A DNA stretch of 64,000 nt from Escherichia coli (GTDB lineage Bacteria > Pseudomonadota > Gammaproteobacteria > Enterobacterales > Enterobacteriaceae): assembly GCF_965641715.1 (NCBI RefSeq), contig NZ_OZ282455.1; one strand, given 5' to 3'. Position 1 is the stretch's first letter. Every line of letters begins with the position of its first letter. The notes under the pieces are model-generated. The model had not been told where the DNA came from. It ran no database searches and saw nothing but the letters and a program-made list of their open reading frames with translations. Position numbers and translations under genes: made by a program. This document shows positions 49,179 through 59,494 of this stretch, one piece after another.

Positions 49179-51878
49179 GTGAATGCAGTCATTCCAAAAA
49201 AGAGAAGGGACGGCAAGTCTTCGTTCGAAGACCTGGTATCCTACGTCTCTGTCCGGGATGACATGACCGATGAGGAACTGGATTTATCTTCTTCTTCGCA
49301 GGCTGAACAACCGCACCGAAGCCGTTTCAGTCGCCTTGTTGATTATGCGACACGTCTTCGAAATGAGTCATTCGTGGCGCTGGTTGATGTCATGAAGGAC
49401 GGCTGCGAATGGGTCAACTTTTATGGTGTCACCTGCTTTCATAACTGTACTTCTCTTGAAACTGCCGCTGCAGATATGGAGTACATTGCCCGGCAGGCAC
49501 ACTATGCAAAAGATGACACTGATCCTGTTTTTCACTACATTCTTTCCTGGCAGTCACATGAAAGCCCGCGTCCGGAACAGATTTATGACAGTGTACGTCA
49601 TACGCTGAAATCACTCGGCCTTGCCGACCATCAGTATGTCTCTGCCGTGCATACTGATACAGATAATCTGCACGTCCATGTGGCTGTTAACCGGGTACAC
49701 CCTGAAACGGGTTATCTGAACCGGTTATCCTGGAGTCAGGAAAAACTCAGTCGTGCCTGCCGTGAGCTTGAACTGAAGCATGGTTTTGCTCCGGATAACG
49801 GTTGCTGGGTCCATGCACCGGGAAATCGTATCGTTCGCAAAACCGCCGTTGAACGTGATCGCCAGAACGCGTGGACACGCGGGAAAAAACAAACTTTTCG
49901 CGAGTATGTCGCGCAGACAGCGGTCGCTGGTTTACGCAGTGAACCTGTAAATGACTGGTTATCCCTGCATCGTCGTCTTGCGGAAGATGGTCTGTACCTG
50001 TCTCAGATGGACGGAAAATTTCTGGTGATGGATGGCTGGGATCGCAACAGGGAAGGTGTACAGCTTGACTCGTTTGGTCCCTCCTGGTGTGCAGAAAAAC
50101 TCATGAAAAAAATGGGTGACTACACGCCAGTACCAAAAGACATTTTCAGCCAGGTGGAAGCACCAGGACGCTATAATCCGCACTTCATTGCCGCTGATGT
50201 TCGCCCGGAAAAAATCGCTGAAACAGAAAGTCTGCAGCAGTATGCCTGTCGTCATCTTGGAGAACGTCTGCCGGAAATGGCACGGGAAGGACGGCTGGAA
50301 AACTGCCAAGCTATTCACCGCACACTGGCTGAAGCGGGATTATGGATGCGTGTTCAGCATGGTCACCTGGTTATCTGTGACGGTTATGATCATAACCAGA
50401 CTCCCGTTCGTGCTGACAGCGTATGGTCGCTGCTGACGCTCGACAATGTGAATCAACTCGATGGTGGCTGGCAGCCTGTACCAACAGATATTTTCCGCCA
50501 GGTTACGCCAACAGAACGCTTCCGTGGTCGTCGTATGGAGAGCTGTCCTGCGACCGATAAAGAATGGCACCGTATGCGTACAGGCACGGGGCCGCAGGGG
50601 GCTATCAAACGCGAACTGTTTTCTGACAAAGAAAGTCTGTGGGGATACAGCATCAGCCATTGTAGCCCTCAGATTGAAGAAATGATCACACAGGGTGAGT
50701 TTACCTGGCAGCGTTGTCATGAGCTGTTTGCACAACAGGGACTGATGCTACAGAAACAACATCACGGGCTTGTTGTCGTTGATGCCTTTAATCATGAGCA
50801 AACGCCGGTGAAGGCCAGCAGCATTCATCCTGATCTGACACTGGGGCGTGCAGAGCCACAGGCCGGACCTTTTGTGAGTGCCCCAGCAGATTTGTTTGAC
50901 AGGGTGCAACCTGAAAGTCGCTATAACCCGGAGCTGGCTGTCAGTGACAGGTACGGGGTCAGCAGTAAACGTGACCCAATGCTGCGCCGGCAGCGACGTA
51001 AAGCCAGAGCTGAGGCCCGTGCTGACCTGCGTGCCCGCTATCTGGCATGGCGTGAACAATGGCGTAAACCAGATCTGCGTTATGGGGAACGTTGTCGGGA
51101 AATTCATCAGGCATGCCGTCTGCGGAAGTCACACATTCGTGCGCAGTACGATGATCCGGCATTACGTAAGCTGCATTATCACATTGCAGAAGTTCAGCGA
51201 ATGCAGGCATTGATCAGGCTGAAAGAAGACATCAGGGATGAGCGACAGAAACTTATTGCTGACGGGAAGTGGTATCCACCCTCTTACCGTCAGTGGGTCG
51301 AAACTCAGGCTGCTCAGGGAGACAGGGCTGCTGTATCGCAGCTGAGAGGCTGGGATTATCGCGATCGCCGTAAAGACAGGTCACGCACAACGACGACAGA
51401 CCGCTGTGTCGTGCTTTGTGAACCGGGCGGAACGCCGGTATACGGTAATACCGGTGATCTCGAGGCCCGTCTGCAGAAGAACGGGAGTGTTCGTTTCCGT
51501 GACCGTCGGACGGGAGAGTTTGTCTGTACGGATTATGGTGACAGGGTTGTTTTCCGTAATCACCATGACCGCAATGCGCTGGCAGATAAACTGGATTTGA
51601 TTGCACCGGTATTATTCGGGCGTGATCCTCGCATGGGTTTTGAACCAGAAGGAAACGACAAACAATTTAACCAGGTCTTTGCTGAAATGGTTGCCTGGCA
51701 TAATGTGACAGGCCGTACCGGTCACGAAGACTACAGGATTACGCGACCGGACGTGGATCATCACCGTGAAGGAAGTGAACGCTACTACCGCGATTATATC
51801 GCGGCGAACAGCAACGATGACGCATCACTGCCTCCGCCGGAGCAGGATAAACGCTGGGAACCGCCTTCTCCAGGTTAA
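49179..51878 (+). CDS. nikB: relaxase NikB (MOB-P family)
   Basis: 899 aa; N-terminal relaxase motifs ...YILSWQSHESP... and HTDTDNLHVHVAVNRVH (3-His motif). Confidence 0.92.
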   Translation: MNAVIPKKRRDGKSSFEDLVSYVSVRDDMTDEELDLSSSSQAEQPHRSRFSRLVDYATRLRNESFVALVDVMKDGCEWVNFYGVTCFHNCTSLETAAADMEYIARQAHYAKDDTDPVFHYILSWQSHESPRPEQIYDSVRHTLKSLGLADHQYVSAVHTDTDNLHVHVAVNRVHPETGYLNRLSWSQEKLSRACRELELKHGFAPDNGCWVHAPGNRIVRKTAVERDRQNAWTRGKKQTFREYVAQTAVAGLRSEPVNDWLSLHRRLAEDGLYLSQMDGKFLVMDGWDRNREGVQLDSFGPSWCAEKLMKKMGDYTPVPKDIFSQVEAPGRYNPHFIAADVRPEKIAETESLQQYACRHLGERLPEMAREGRLENCQAIHRTLAEAGLWMRVQHGHLVICDGYDHNQTPVRADSVWSLLTLDNVNQLDGGWQPVPTDIFRQVTPTERFRGRRMESCPATDKEWHRMRTGTGPQGAIKRELFSDKESLWGYSISHCSPQIEEMITQGEFTWQRCHELFAQQGLMLQKQHHGLVVVDAFNHEQTPVKASSIHPDLTLGRAEPQAGPFVSAPADLFDRVQPESRYNPELAVSDRYGVSSKRDPMLRRQRRKARAEARADLRARYLAWREQWRKPDLRYGERCREIHQACRLRKSHIRAQYDDPALRKLHYHIAEVQRMQALIRLKEDIRDERQKLIADGKWYPPSYRQWVETQAAQGDRAAVSQLRGWDYRDRRKDRSRTTTTDRCVVLCEPGGTPVYGNTGDLEARLQKNGSVRFRDRRTGEFVCTDYGDRVVFRNHHDRNALADKLDLIAPVLFGRDPRMGFEPEGNDKQFNQVFAEMVAWHNVTGRTGHEDYRITRPDVDHHREGSERYYRDYIAANSNDDASLPPPEQDKRWEPPSPG

Positions 51879-51914
51879 AAAAAAGGCCGCGCCAGAATCC
51901 GGCGCGGCCACTGT

Positions 51915-54206
51915 TCAGTACATTCCGTCCCAGTCCGGACGGTTGGTTTTTTTATGATGAAACCCGTTTACAGGACGCCCTGTCGGGTGGTTATTGTCCT
52001 GTGGAAGCGTTAACAGGTTTATACCTGCTCTTTCTGCTCTCACTGATATCTGATTTTCCTCTTTTGTTTCAGGTAGTTCTGGTCTGTTCAGCGTGATATA
52101 GCGAATTCGTCGCTCTTCCCGTGTGGTCGTTTTAAGCGTATTCACCGCTGTTTCCCACAAGGCACTTTCACGTGCGTTGATATCTGTGTCGTACTCTTCC
52201 AGCATTGCCATAGCCGCCTGACGTCCTGCAATGCGTTGCTGGAATGTATCCACGATCGTGTGCGGCTCTGTGCGAATTTTTCGTCTTTTTCTGGAGGGTT
52301 TTGCAGTCAGGACGCCAATGATGGCACTGACATTTTCCGGTGACGGTATTCGACGTTGAGTAGTACGGGGAACAAGACGGCGGAGACGGTCCAGGCGTGG
52401 CGCATCCACGCTGATATACCTGTTTATAACAACGGGATCGCTGCTGCAGCTTTTCTCATCGTCAGGGATGAAGAATGATGCTGATGGTACGGTTTCTCCC
52501 CGGAAAATAGAAAAGAACTCGCCAGGATGAAGTTCAATCAACTCCTGAACATTTATCTTGCTTTCCATCAGGATGCTGATTTGTGGGCTGTCAATCCATG
52601 ATTCACCAAATATGCCGTCCTGACGCTGCAGGTTGTTCATTCTCGCCCTGGCTTCTTCACCGGCGGCGCTTTTCAGCGTTCTGGCCGTACTACCCTCGCT
52701 GACAATCCTGCCGGCAAATTTTGTCCCCGTGTTCTGCATCAGTGTTGCAGTATTCGTGGCTGTTGTCTGTCCTTCTATACGTTCCTGGTCCTGTGCCATC
52801 AAAATCAGAGCAAAATCCAGTGAACGCACCTGAGTGGCTTCCACAGCAATACGGTCCGTATAGTATGCCCCCACTTCATCAAGGAAACACAGATAAGGGA
52901 AACGCCCCTTATATTTTTTGACTTCCAGTGCATCGGAATCAGTTCCTTCGAGGCGGTAGCCCAAATCACGGGCGAGAATCATACTTTTCTGGGTGATAAA
53001 CATTCGTCCAAGAGCAGACGTTGTATGCGCTGATGTATCCAGAGCGGGGATCATTACCATCAGAATCCTGTCGCTGTGAATGCTGTCACGGATATCGATA
53101 TCACCGGAATCTTCAGCAAAAATATCCCCGAATGCTTCCGTGAATGTGCTGAAAGTTTCAGAAAACTGCCCGGAGAGATAAGCATGTTGTTTTCTGGGTT
53201 CTTCCGTCCAGGCTGATGGTGTCCTGACCAGCGACAGGTCGAAACCGGGAACGTCCTGAAGGTAGTTACGTAACGGTGCGATAGCTTCTTCCGGCCACTG
53301 ATCATCGAGGCCACGACAGTAAAGTTTGGCCATCCCTTCGAGAGTCATATGTTCACGGAGCATCTGCAGCGACATTGTTTTGCCTTCGCGCACACACCAG
53401 AATTTAGTACCAAATACCAGTGCCTTATTCATGGCAATGGCCCGGGACTGCCACTCGCCCCCCTGGACGTTCTGGGGCAGCATTGACTGCATTGTCTCCG
53501 CTGTGAATGCCTCAGTGCTGTAACAGAAGGGATTCCAGGTATTTGACTGAGGACGCGTTTTTTCACCACTCAGAATGATTTCACTGCGGGATTTTCCTCC
53601 GTTCATGAAGTTAATGACTTCCACATCGTCTTCACGTCCAAAGCGTCTGGCCAGATACCAGATCGTTCTTGCCGTATCATTCTGTGCCTTGCCATCGACA
53701 AGGGTGAATCCTCTTGCCCAGCAAAGTGGGTTAATCGCCCAGGCAAAGATGGTTTCCGTTTTACCGCCACCGGTGGTGGCGAAAAACATTATATGGCGGG
53801 TCAGATCGTCCATACTCAGCCATAACTCCCTGCCAATATCCCTGACGCGTTGATAACCAACATAGAATATGCCGCTGGCCGGTGATTCCAGAATGACCTC
53901 ATACTGGAACAGGGTTGGCCAGAAGCTGAAAAGACTTCTTTTAATCATTCTGTCCTGTGACGGGTCAGCACATTCCAGCGTCATGGGCATACGAAGAGGG
54001 CAGCGCCATCGCTGCAGACTAAATACCAGCATTGTTATCAGTGTGAACAACAGACATGCCGGTAATGCAAGTGGCCAGATAAAACTGGCCACAAGACTTG
54101 CCACCAGGCAAAAGCCATAGATATTGAGACTCTGGAGTGCATTCCAGACAGGATTTCCCCAGGCTGTACGGTGTAAAAGCTCGGGGTTAACGCGATGTTC
54201 ACTCAT
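51915..54206 (-). CDS. trbC: type IV coupling protein TrbC (DotL/IcmO-like ATPase)
   Basis: 763 aa; N-terminal TM segments; Walker A FFATTGGGKTE. Confidence 0.8.
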   Translation of the reverse strand: MSEHRVNPELLHRTAWGNPVWNALQSLNIYGFCLVASLVASFIWPLALPACLLFTLITMLVFSLQRWRCPLRMPMTLECADPSQDRMIKRSLFSFWPTLFQYEVILESPASGIFYVGYQRVRDIGRELWLSMDDLTRHIMFFATTGGGKTETIFAWAINPLCWARGFTLVDGKAQNDTARTIWYLARRFGREDDVEVINFMNGGKSRSEIILSGEKTRPQSNTWNPFCYSTEAFTAETMQSMLPQNVQGGEWQSRAIAMNKALVFGTKFWCVREGKTMSLQMLREHMTLEGMAKLYCRGLDDQWPEEAIAPLRNYLQDVPGFDLSLVRTPSAWTEEPRKQHAYLSGQFSETFSTFTEAFGDIFAEDSGDIDIRDSIHSDRILMVMIPALDTSAHTTSALGRMFITQKSMILARDLGYRLEGTDSDALEVKKYKGRFPYLCFLDEVGAYYTDRIAVEATQVRSLDFALILMAQDQERIEGQTTATNTATLMQNTGTKFAGRIVSEGSTARTLKSAAGEEARARMNNLQRQDGIFGESWIDSPQISILMESKINVQELIELHPGEFFSIFRGETVPSASFFIPDDEKSCSSDPVVINRYISVDAPRLDRLRRLVPRTTQRRIPSPENVSAIIGVLTAKPSRKRRKIRTEPHTIVDTFQQRIAGRQAAMAMLEEYDTDINARESALWETAVNTLKTTTREERRIRYITLNRPELPETKEENQISVRAERAGINLLTLPQDNNHPTGRPVNGFHHKKTNRPDWDGMY

Positions 54207-55269
54207 GGCCAGACTCGCTGTCGGTGGTTTTCAGGAATAAATTAAGCGTGCCAGTTTCCTGCAGAATTCCTGTAGGCAGATGCCAGCCGGTGTCGGACAG
54301 CACCCATGGGGTACCGGCAAATCCGAACTTACGGAAGGCGACATTGTTAACATCAATCGCAGCTCTGGCTGCTTTCAGGCATGTTTCATCTGCAGGCGTT
54401 GTTTCTTCTGATGGCGTCATCATTCCGTTATCTGCGGAATACAGTCGGTGCCAGCCGGCAGCACGTTTCTGAGCATCTTTTTCACACAGCAGTGGTGCCA
54501 CACGGTCGGTGGATTCCTCTCCACCAATAACTGAAACCGGGTAGATAACGACATTGAAGTCGCTGGCCAGGCGTTTTAAGGCCGGCTCCAGAAGTCTGCA
54601 GTTAGGACAGGCAGGATCGAGAAATGCGAACAGGGTTCGTTCATGACCGGATGACAGGTTGATGGTAAACATGCCCCGATCGGCGTTCCGCTTCAGAACA
54701 GTAGCCAGATTATGTCGCGCAGCTGCGGCTTCCGGATTTTTGCTTGTGATTGTTTTCTCCGGGACCTGGACGTCTTTTTTCGGGGGAACCGGGAGTTGAA
54801 TGCCTTCATTTAATGGCACAGTGTGATTCAGGTGAGGGGGTAGCAGTCGTGGCTCACCTGCTGTCTGTACTGCTTCAGGCGTTGTATCATCCCAGAATAC
54901 ACGATCAACATAGCGGAACAGAGAGAAGCCAATCGTTGCCATTACGAACAGCACAACGCTGGCGATTATGCCACGGAACAAAGGTGTTCTGCTGAAGCGG
55001 CGTTCCATCAGATATTCAAGGCGCAGGCAGGAATCAATAGCTGTAAGTATCTGGTCAGCGTTATGCTCCTGTTTATCAATCAGGACGGTTTCTCTGTTAC
55101 GGGTGCCCATGGCGTCAAAGGCTATATGAATCAGTTGATTATTTCGTGTTACCAGCCCTGACAGGGCATCCCGTGGAAGGACGGCAATAATTTCTGTCCT
55201 GCCATCCGGCCAGATTGCCTGCACGGAAATATGTTTTGCAATGCGTGTTGCAAAGTACTCGATTGTCAT
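54199..55269 (-). CDS. trbB: thiol:disulfide interchange protein TrbB (DsbC-like)
   Basis: 356 aa; thioredoxin motif CPNC; overlaps trbC start. Confidence 0.75.
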   Translation of the reverse strand: MTIEYFATRIAKHISVQAIWPDGRTEIIAVLPRDALSGLVTRNNQLIHIAFDAMGTRNRETVLIDKQEHNADQILTAIDSCLRLEYLMERRFSRTPLFRGIIASVVLFVMATIGFSLFRYVDRVFWDDTTPEAVQTAGEPRLLPPHLNHTVPLNEGIQLPVPPKKDVQVPEKTITSKNPEAAAARHNLATVLKRNADRGMFTINLSSGHERTLFAFLDPACPNCRLLEPALKRLASDFNVVIYPVSVIGGEESTDRVAPLLCEKDAQKRAAGWHRLYSADNGMMTPSEETTPADETCLKAARAAIDVNNVAFRKFGFAGTPWVLSDTGWHLPTGILQETGTLNLFLKTTDSESGHE

Positions 55270-55287
55270 TTTCAGTTCTCCGGATAA

Positions 55288-56496
55288 TCAGAATTCGTTG
55301 TCTGTAGCAGGTGTGCGGGGCAGGATGTCGTCGGTGAGGGACCAGTTGGTCAGGATGCGGCGTTTCCGGTCGCGATCTGGTTGTGGTTCATCCCAGATAA
55401 GACCGAGACTGAGCATATCCCGCCGTAAGCCTTCCACCGCTTCATCAACACAGGGTTCAGGGCAGGGAAGACCAAAACGCATGGCTTCGGCCTCTGCACG
55501 TGCAACGGCCACCACGCCAGCGCCTTCAATAAATCCTTTCGTGGTATTGGCGCGGTGTAATGCATAAAACAGCGTCCTGTCCACGCCTTTCAGCCAAATC
55601 CAGTTGGGTGGCGTAAGCCGCAGGTCATGTGCATACAGCCAGACCAGCCCACTGCGGACGTAGCGATGTTGTTTCAGCCATTGCTGTGCTCCGTTGCTTT
55701 TAATCACTCTCTGGAAAGCTGATTTGGCCAGTGAATAAACAGGGGTACAGAATTTCCCACTGTCCCGTTTGCTTTTAATTCTGCATGAGAGGTTCAGTGT
55801 ATCCATGAGCTTTAATGCTGCCTTACGATCATCCAGGAAATACTGAAGACCAAATATGGCAAAGAGCGCTTTTTCATGTGGTGCCATGTCTTTCCAGGAC
55901 GTTAAAGGTTTACCCAACTGGGCCATGAAACATCGTCTTGCAGCTGCAACATCGAGCTGCATATTGGTGATGAGAGTATGCTGCTCGACAAATGCTTCCG
56001 GGGTGAGAGCAACCCGCCGTTCAGGTCGTTTGCCACCATGAAAGAGTTTTTCCGGATCACCATCTGCCAGTACAGGGGCGATAGCAGGGGACAACGAAGC
56101 AAAGATGTGTGGCAGTCGGGTAATATCTACTGGTCTGCGGGTGAAACGGCTTTGTCCCGGATGTTGATACCATTCCCACAAACACCAGAGTGTCACAGGT
56201 AAGAGGTACATCCACAGAATACCTATGGTCTGCTCCATGACGTTAACCCACTGGCTATAGCTTATGTTGGCGGCGTTGTTACCGGTCATGGCAAGCAGGT
56301 TGTATCGTGGTGCTGCATAGTTATGAAATGGCCCCCAGTCGACCAGTCCCCATAAGGTATGAAGAATCAGGCAGCTGGCGTAAACCACTTCCGGCAAGAA
56401 TAACCATATGACGAATAGCAGCAGGATAAGAAGGACACCAACAGCGCCCCATATCTGCATAGGATCTTCTGCGACAGGCTGTCGATTGTAAGACAT
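55288..56496 (-). CDS. trbA: conjugal transfer membrane protein TrbA (DotM/IcmP-like)
   Basis: 402 aa, N-terminal TM helices; position upstream of trbB-trbC. Confidence 0.7.
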   Translation of the reverse strand: MSYNRQPVAEDPMQIWGAVGVLLILLLFVIWLFLPEVVYASCLILHTLWGLVDWGPFHNYAAPRYNLLAMTGNNAANISYSQWVNVMEQTIGILWMYLLPVTLWCLWEWYQHPGQSRFTRRPVDITRLPHIFASLSPAIAPVLADGDPEKLFHGGKRPERRVALTPEAFVEQHTLITNMQLDVAAARRCFMAQLGKPLTSWKDMAPHEKALFAIFGLQYFLDDRKAALKLMDTLNLSCRIKSKRDSGKFCTPVYSLAKSAFQRVIKSNGAQQWLKQHRYVRSGLVWLYAHDLRLTPPNWIWLKGVDRTLFYALHRANTTKGFIEGAGVVAVARAEAEAMRFGLPCPEPCVDEAVEGLRRDMLSLGLIWDEPQPDRDRKRRILTNWSLTDDILPRTPATDNEF

Positions 56497-56726
56497 GACA
56501 AAGTCTCCATTTCTGGAATTTAAATCAAACGGAAAGGTTAAAAATTTATTTGCAGGCGATAAGAGCTAACCAGAGGAATTAGCCGTGCGATAAAAGGATT
56601 GTTGCAGATACGAAAGTCGTTAGAATAGCTGCGGGCGCTTGAGGCTGTATGCCGAAAGCGTTTTGTGGACGGTATACAGCAGAAAGCCCCTGGAGATTTT
56701 TTTATCAATCAACCAAGGGCTCTACT

Positions 56727-56933
56727 GTAATGCCTAGACAACATTATAGTAGCCCGATAACCGCCGTAAGGCAATGGAGGGGCTATGATGCCACAGCGAA
56801 CGTTTTTAATGATGTTAATCGTCATCTGTGTGACGATTCTGTGTTTTGTCTGGATGGTGAGGGATTCGCTTTGCGTACTCCGGCTCCAGCAGGGAAACAC
56901 AGTGCTTGTGGCAACGTTAGCCTACGAAGTTAA
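56727..56933 (+). CDS. pndC: PndC (Mok-like) overlapping reading frame of hok-type toxin locus
   Basis: ORF overlapping pndA in another frame, as for mok/hok. Confidence 0.4.
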   Translation, partial: VMPRQHYSSPITAVRQWRGYDATANVFNDVNRHLCDDSVFCLDGEGFALRTPAPAGKHSACGNVSLRS

Positions 56934-56940
56934 ACGTTAA
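56788..56940 (+). CDS. pndA: Hok-family type I toxin PndA
   Basis: Translation MPQRTFLMMLIVICVTILCFVWMVRDSLCVLRLQQGNTVLVATLAYEVKR (50 aa); below the ORF-track length cut-off. Confidence 0.85.
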   Translation: MPQRTFLMMLIVICVTILCFVWMVRDSLCVLRLQQGNTVLVATLAYEVKR

Positions 56941-57011
56941 CGGGCAACACGGCGGCAGGTTTTCTGCCGCCGCTTTGTTGCGAAGGCTGACCTCATTGCG
57001 CCCTTTCTTCT

Positions 57012-57263
57012 TCAATGAAGCGTATCCGGTATTGTTTCATTTCCCCTGAAGCCGATTAGCTCCAGCCGAATGCCTTTGCCATCGGGGGCCACGTTCTGCA
57101 TTTCGCAGATACCACGTCGGGTCATGAGTGTGAAGGCTGTCATTGCCAGCATGGCTAACGCGTTTTCCTCGCTTCCGCTGCGTTTCTCGAGAGCATCGGC
57201 AATTTCTTCTATGCTCCCCACCTGAAAGCAAGAGTCGAATTCTTTACTCCACTTTTCTGACAT
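57012..57263 (-). CDS. hypothetical protein
   Basis: 83-aa ORF. Confidence 0.3.
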   Translation of the reverse strand: MSEKWSKEFDSCFQVGSIEEIADALEKRSGSEENALAMLAMTAFTLMTRRGICEMQNVAPDGKGIRLELIGFRGNETIPDTLH

Positions 57264-57422
57264 CGGATTTTCTCTCTGTATTTATGGGTAGTTATCGAAC
57301 TGAATGTGCCAGTTTTTTCAGGAGACGGCAAAGTTGAGATGATTGGTTCTGATTCAGAGCATGAGTTTCCTCGGTGTGACGGGCATGTCGGGCGGATTTT
57401 GAGAAACAACAGATGTAAAAAA

Positions 57423-57448
57423 ACCGACTGGTGAGGTCGGTTTTTTTA
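57423..57448. terminator. bidirectional rho-independent terminator
   Basis: AAAAAA-CCGAC-TGGTGAG-GTCGG-TTTTTTT hairpin flanked by A- and T-tracts. Confidence 0.65.
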
Positions 57449-57761
57449 CTGTTCCGTTACAGAGTGGGTGGCCCTGACCGGAGGAAATCTCTTTTCAACT
57501 AACGTTCTTATAATAGCGAGCTGTTCATTTGATAGCAACCATCCTTATAATCCGCAGGTTAGCTCTGTCTGGCGACACTTCTGCCGTGATATCCATCGGG
57601 ACTATGGATGCAAGATTTTAAGTCCTGGCTGAACAAACAGGTGGTGCTGTGTTCAGTGCTCTGGCAGGAGGAAGTCTCTTTTCAACTAACACTGAAAGTG
57701 CCGTTGTGACAGGCAATGTAAGAGTAAGCAACGGTGATTTCCTCCAGTGATGGAGAAGCGG

Positions 57762-57857
57762 ATGATTAATCTGTTAATCATCGTTCTCAGGGCAGTAGTT
57801 GCCGTTGCAAACGCGCTGATTGCTGTTCTGGAACTGATCCGGGAACTTGTCGACTGA
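57762..57857 (+). CDS. small hydrophobic protein (31 aa), candidate membrane peptide / type I toxin-like
   Basis: ATG preceded by GGAGAAG; MINLLIIVLRAVVAVANALIAVLELIRELVD; two ~25-bp direct repeats GGAGGAA(A/G)TCTCTTTTCAACTAAC upstream (57480-57504, 57668-57692). Confidence 0.35.
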   Translation: MINLLIIVLRAVVAVANALIAVLELIRELVD

Positions 57858-57921
57858 TAAGCCTGGAAACGTAACTAAGGGCAGGGAGTTACCGCTTCCT
57901 GCCCTTTAACAAAAAGAGATC

Positions 57922-58098
57922 TCACGTTAAAAATTTGTACCCTTCTTTAACTTCCAGTGCCTGCTCCTTTGACTCAAACATCAGTCTTGTTTTCCCGGGA
58001 ACACCCCATGAAATGTATTCAACATCTATCCACCATTTTCCATATTCTTCATATGGCCCGGATATTACTTTTTTGACAAAGGCGTCTACCAGATTCAT
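57922..58098 (-). CDS. hypothetical small protein
   Basis: 58 aa from MNLVDAFVKKV... with RBS AAGGA 8 nt upstream. Confidence 0.35.
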   Translation of the reverse strand: MNLVDAFVKKVISGPYEEYGKWWIDVEYISWGVPGKTRLMFESKEQALEVKEGYKFLT

Positions 58099-58483
58099 TA
58101 TTTTTTCCTTTTTGTGTTGAAAATAATTAATGCCAGAGCACAGCGAAAATAATGAATGCGCTGGCTGTGATAATTGCGATTTTCTCCCATATGATATTTT
58201 TCTCATGGGGGATTCTACGGAGATTATTTCTTCGCATTGAGATACCGGTATTCATGTTTTATCTTGGACTTTTGTTTTGTTGTCTGTCTGGCAGGCTGTT
58301 CTGCGCCCGTTTGTGACAAGGTTAGCTTATGGGGTTAAATGGTCACGGACATCATGCGGACGGTTCCCTGTCACATGCCATCTGGTTTTTTCATTCAAAT
58401 TGAGAGATATTGCTAAGTTGAGTCGCTTGCGATAGTGGACTCCTGTTTGTAAGTGAGTGCCATTGTTTATTTCATGAAGAGGA

Positions 58484-58699
58484 TTGATTATGAGCATGCC
58501 TCCTGCGATAGCTAATACTTTCTTGTTTGAAATGATGAAGAGTAAATCAAAAGACGTTACACTTGCTGCGATCTATGCATTAGGTGAAGGCCGGTGTCAG
58601 GCGGAGAACATTACTCGTGAATTACATAGATTGAGTCAAAGTGATGATATGGAAATAAAAATTGCTGCGATTAAAGCACTTGGTCGAATTTATCGGTAA
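58484..58699 (+). CDS. small HEAT-repeat-like protein
   Basis: 71 aa; two ...AAI(Y/K)ALG(E/R)... repeats typical of HEAT/PBS-lyase repeats. Confidence 0.35.
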   Translation: MIMSMPPAIANTFLFEMMKSKSKDVTLAAIYALGEGRCQAENITRELHRLSQSDDMEIKIAAIKALGRIYR

Positions 58700-58770
58700 C
58701 GGCATAAGTTATCTGTTGTAATGAACAAAAGCCGGCTCATTTGAACCGGCTGTTATGGAGGGAGCTTATC

Positions 58771-59445
58771 TTAAAATACTTCGGCTACAGGCATGCCTGC
58801 AATCTGCTCCCACTCCTTACGCTTCTCCTGAATTAGGCGAGGAAAGTCGACAGGGTAATCATATCCTCTTTCTGCCATTGCATGCATTGTATCCGCCATC
58901 ATTTTGGGATGGATGCATCCTGACGGAATTGAGACCATTGGTATATTTATGTATTTTGTATAAATCTCTAGTGTCTTGGCGTCGGTCACAGTGCGTGTGA
59001 AGTTGTCAATGTCAAAGCCGATAATATCCATTATATTTCCAGGGTAAGCACGAGCATACAGCATAGTGCCTTTTTTGGTATCCACGCCAAAATAGACGCC
59101 CTGAGTAAAAGACAGTCCCTCATATTCTTTGTCAGGTGAATAAAAACCGGTGTTTTTTATCTCCGCGACAATTTTTTTTATTTTGTCTTTTCTTGAGCTT
59201 GCTCGGGAATACATCAATATTGCAGGGGCAATTAGTAAAAACAGACAGACGCAAGTATAAATATAATCTTCTTGCGTCACATATCTTGAAGATGTAATGG
59301 AGAGCACTCCGAAAAGAATAAAAATGGATAACACTGGTATGCTTATGAAATATATAAATCTAAGGGCGTAATATAATGTCCACCAAGCAGGATATCTATT
59401 GATTGTTTTTACCATTTGCATAATAAACCCTCCATAAACACTCAT
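58771..59445 (-). CDS. excA: entry (surface) exclusion protein ExcA-like inner-membrane protein
   Basis: 224 aa, two N-terminal TM helices; position between pnd and traY as in R64. Confidence 0.5.
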   Translation of the reverse strand: MSVYGGFIMQMVKTINRYPAWWTLYYALRFIYFISIPVLSIFILFGVLSITSSRYVTQEDYIYTCVCLFLLIAPAILMYSRASSRKDKIKKIVAEIKNTGFYSPDKEYEGLSFTQGVYFGVDTKKGTMLYARAYPGNIMDIIGFDIDNFTRTVTDAKTLEIYTKYINIPMVSIPSGCIHPKMMADTMHAMAERGYDYPVDFPRLIQEKRKEWEQIAGMPVAEVF

Positions 59446-59494
59446 CGATATTTTAATGCGATTGAGTGTTTATGGCAAGGTTGTTTTATTAAAA

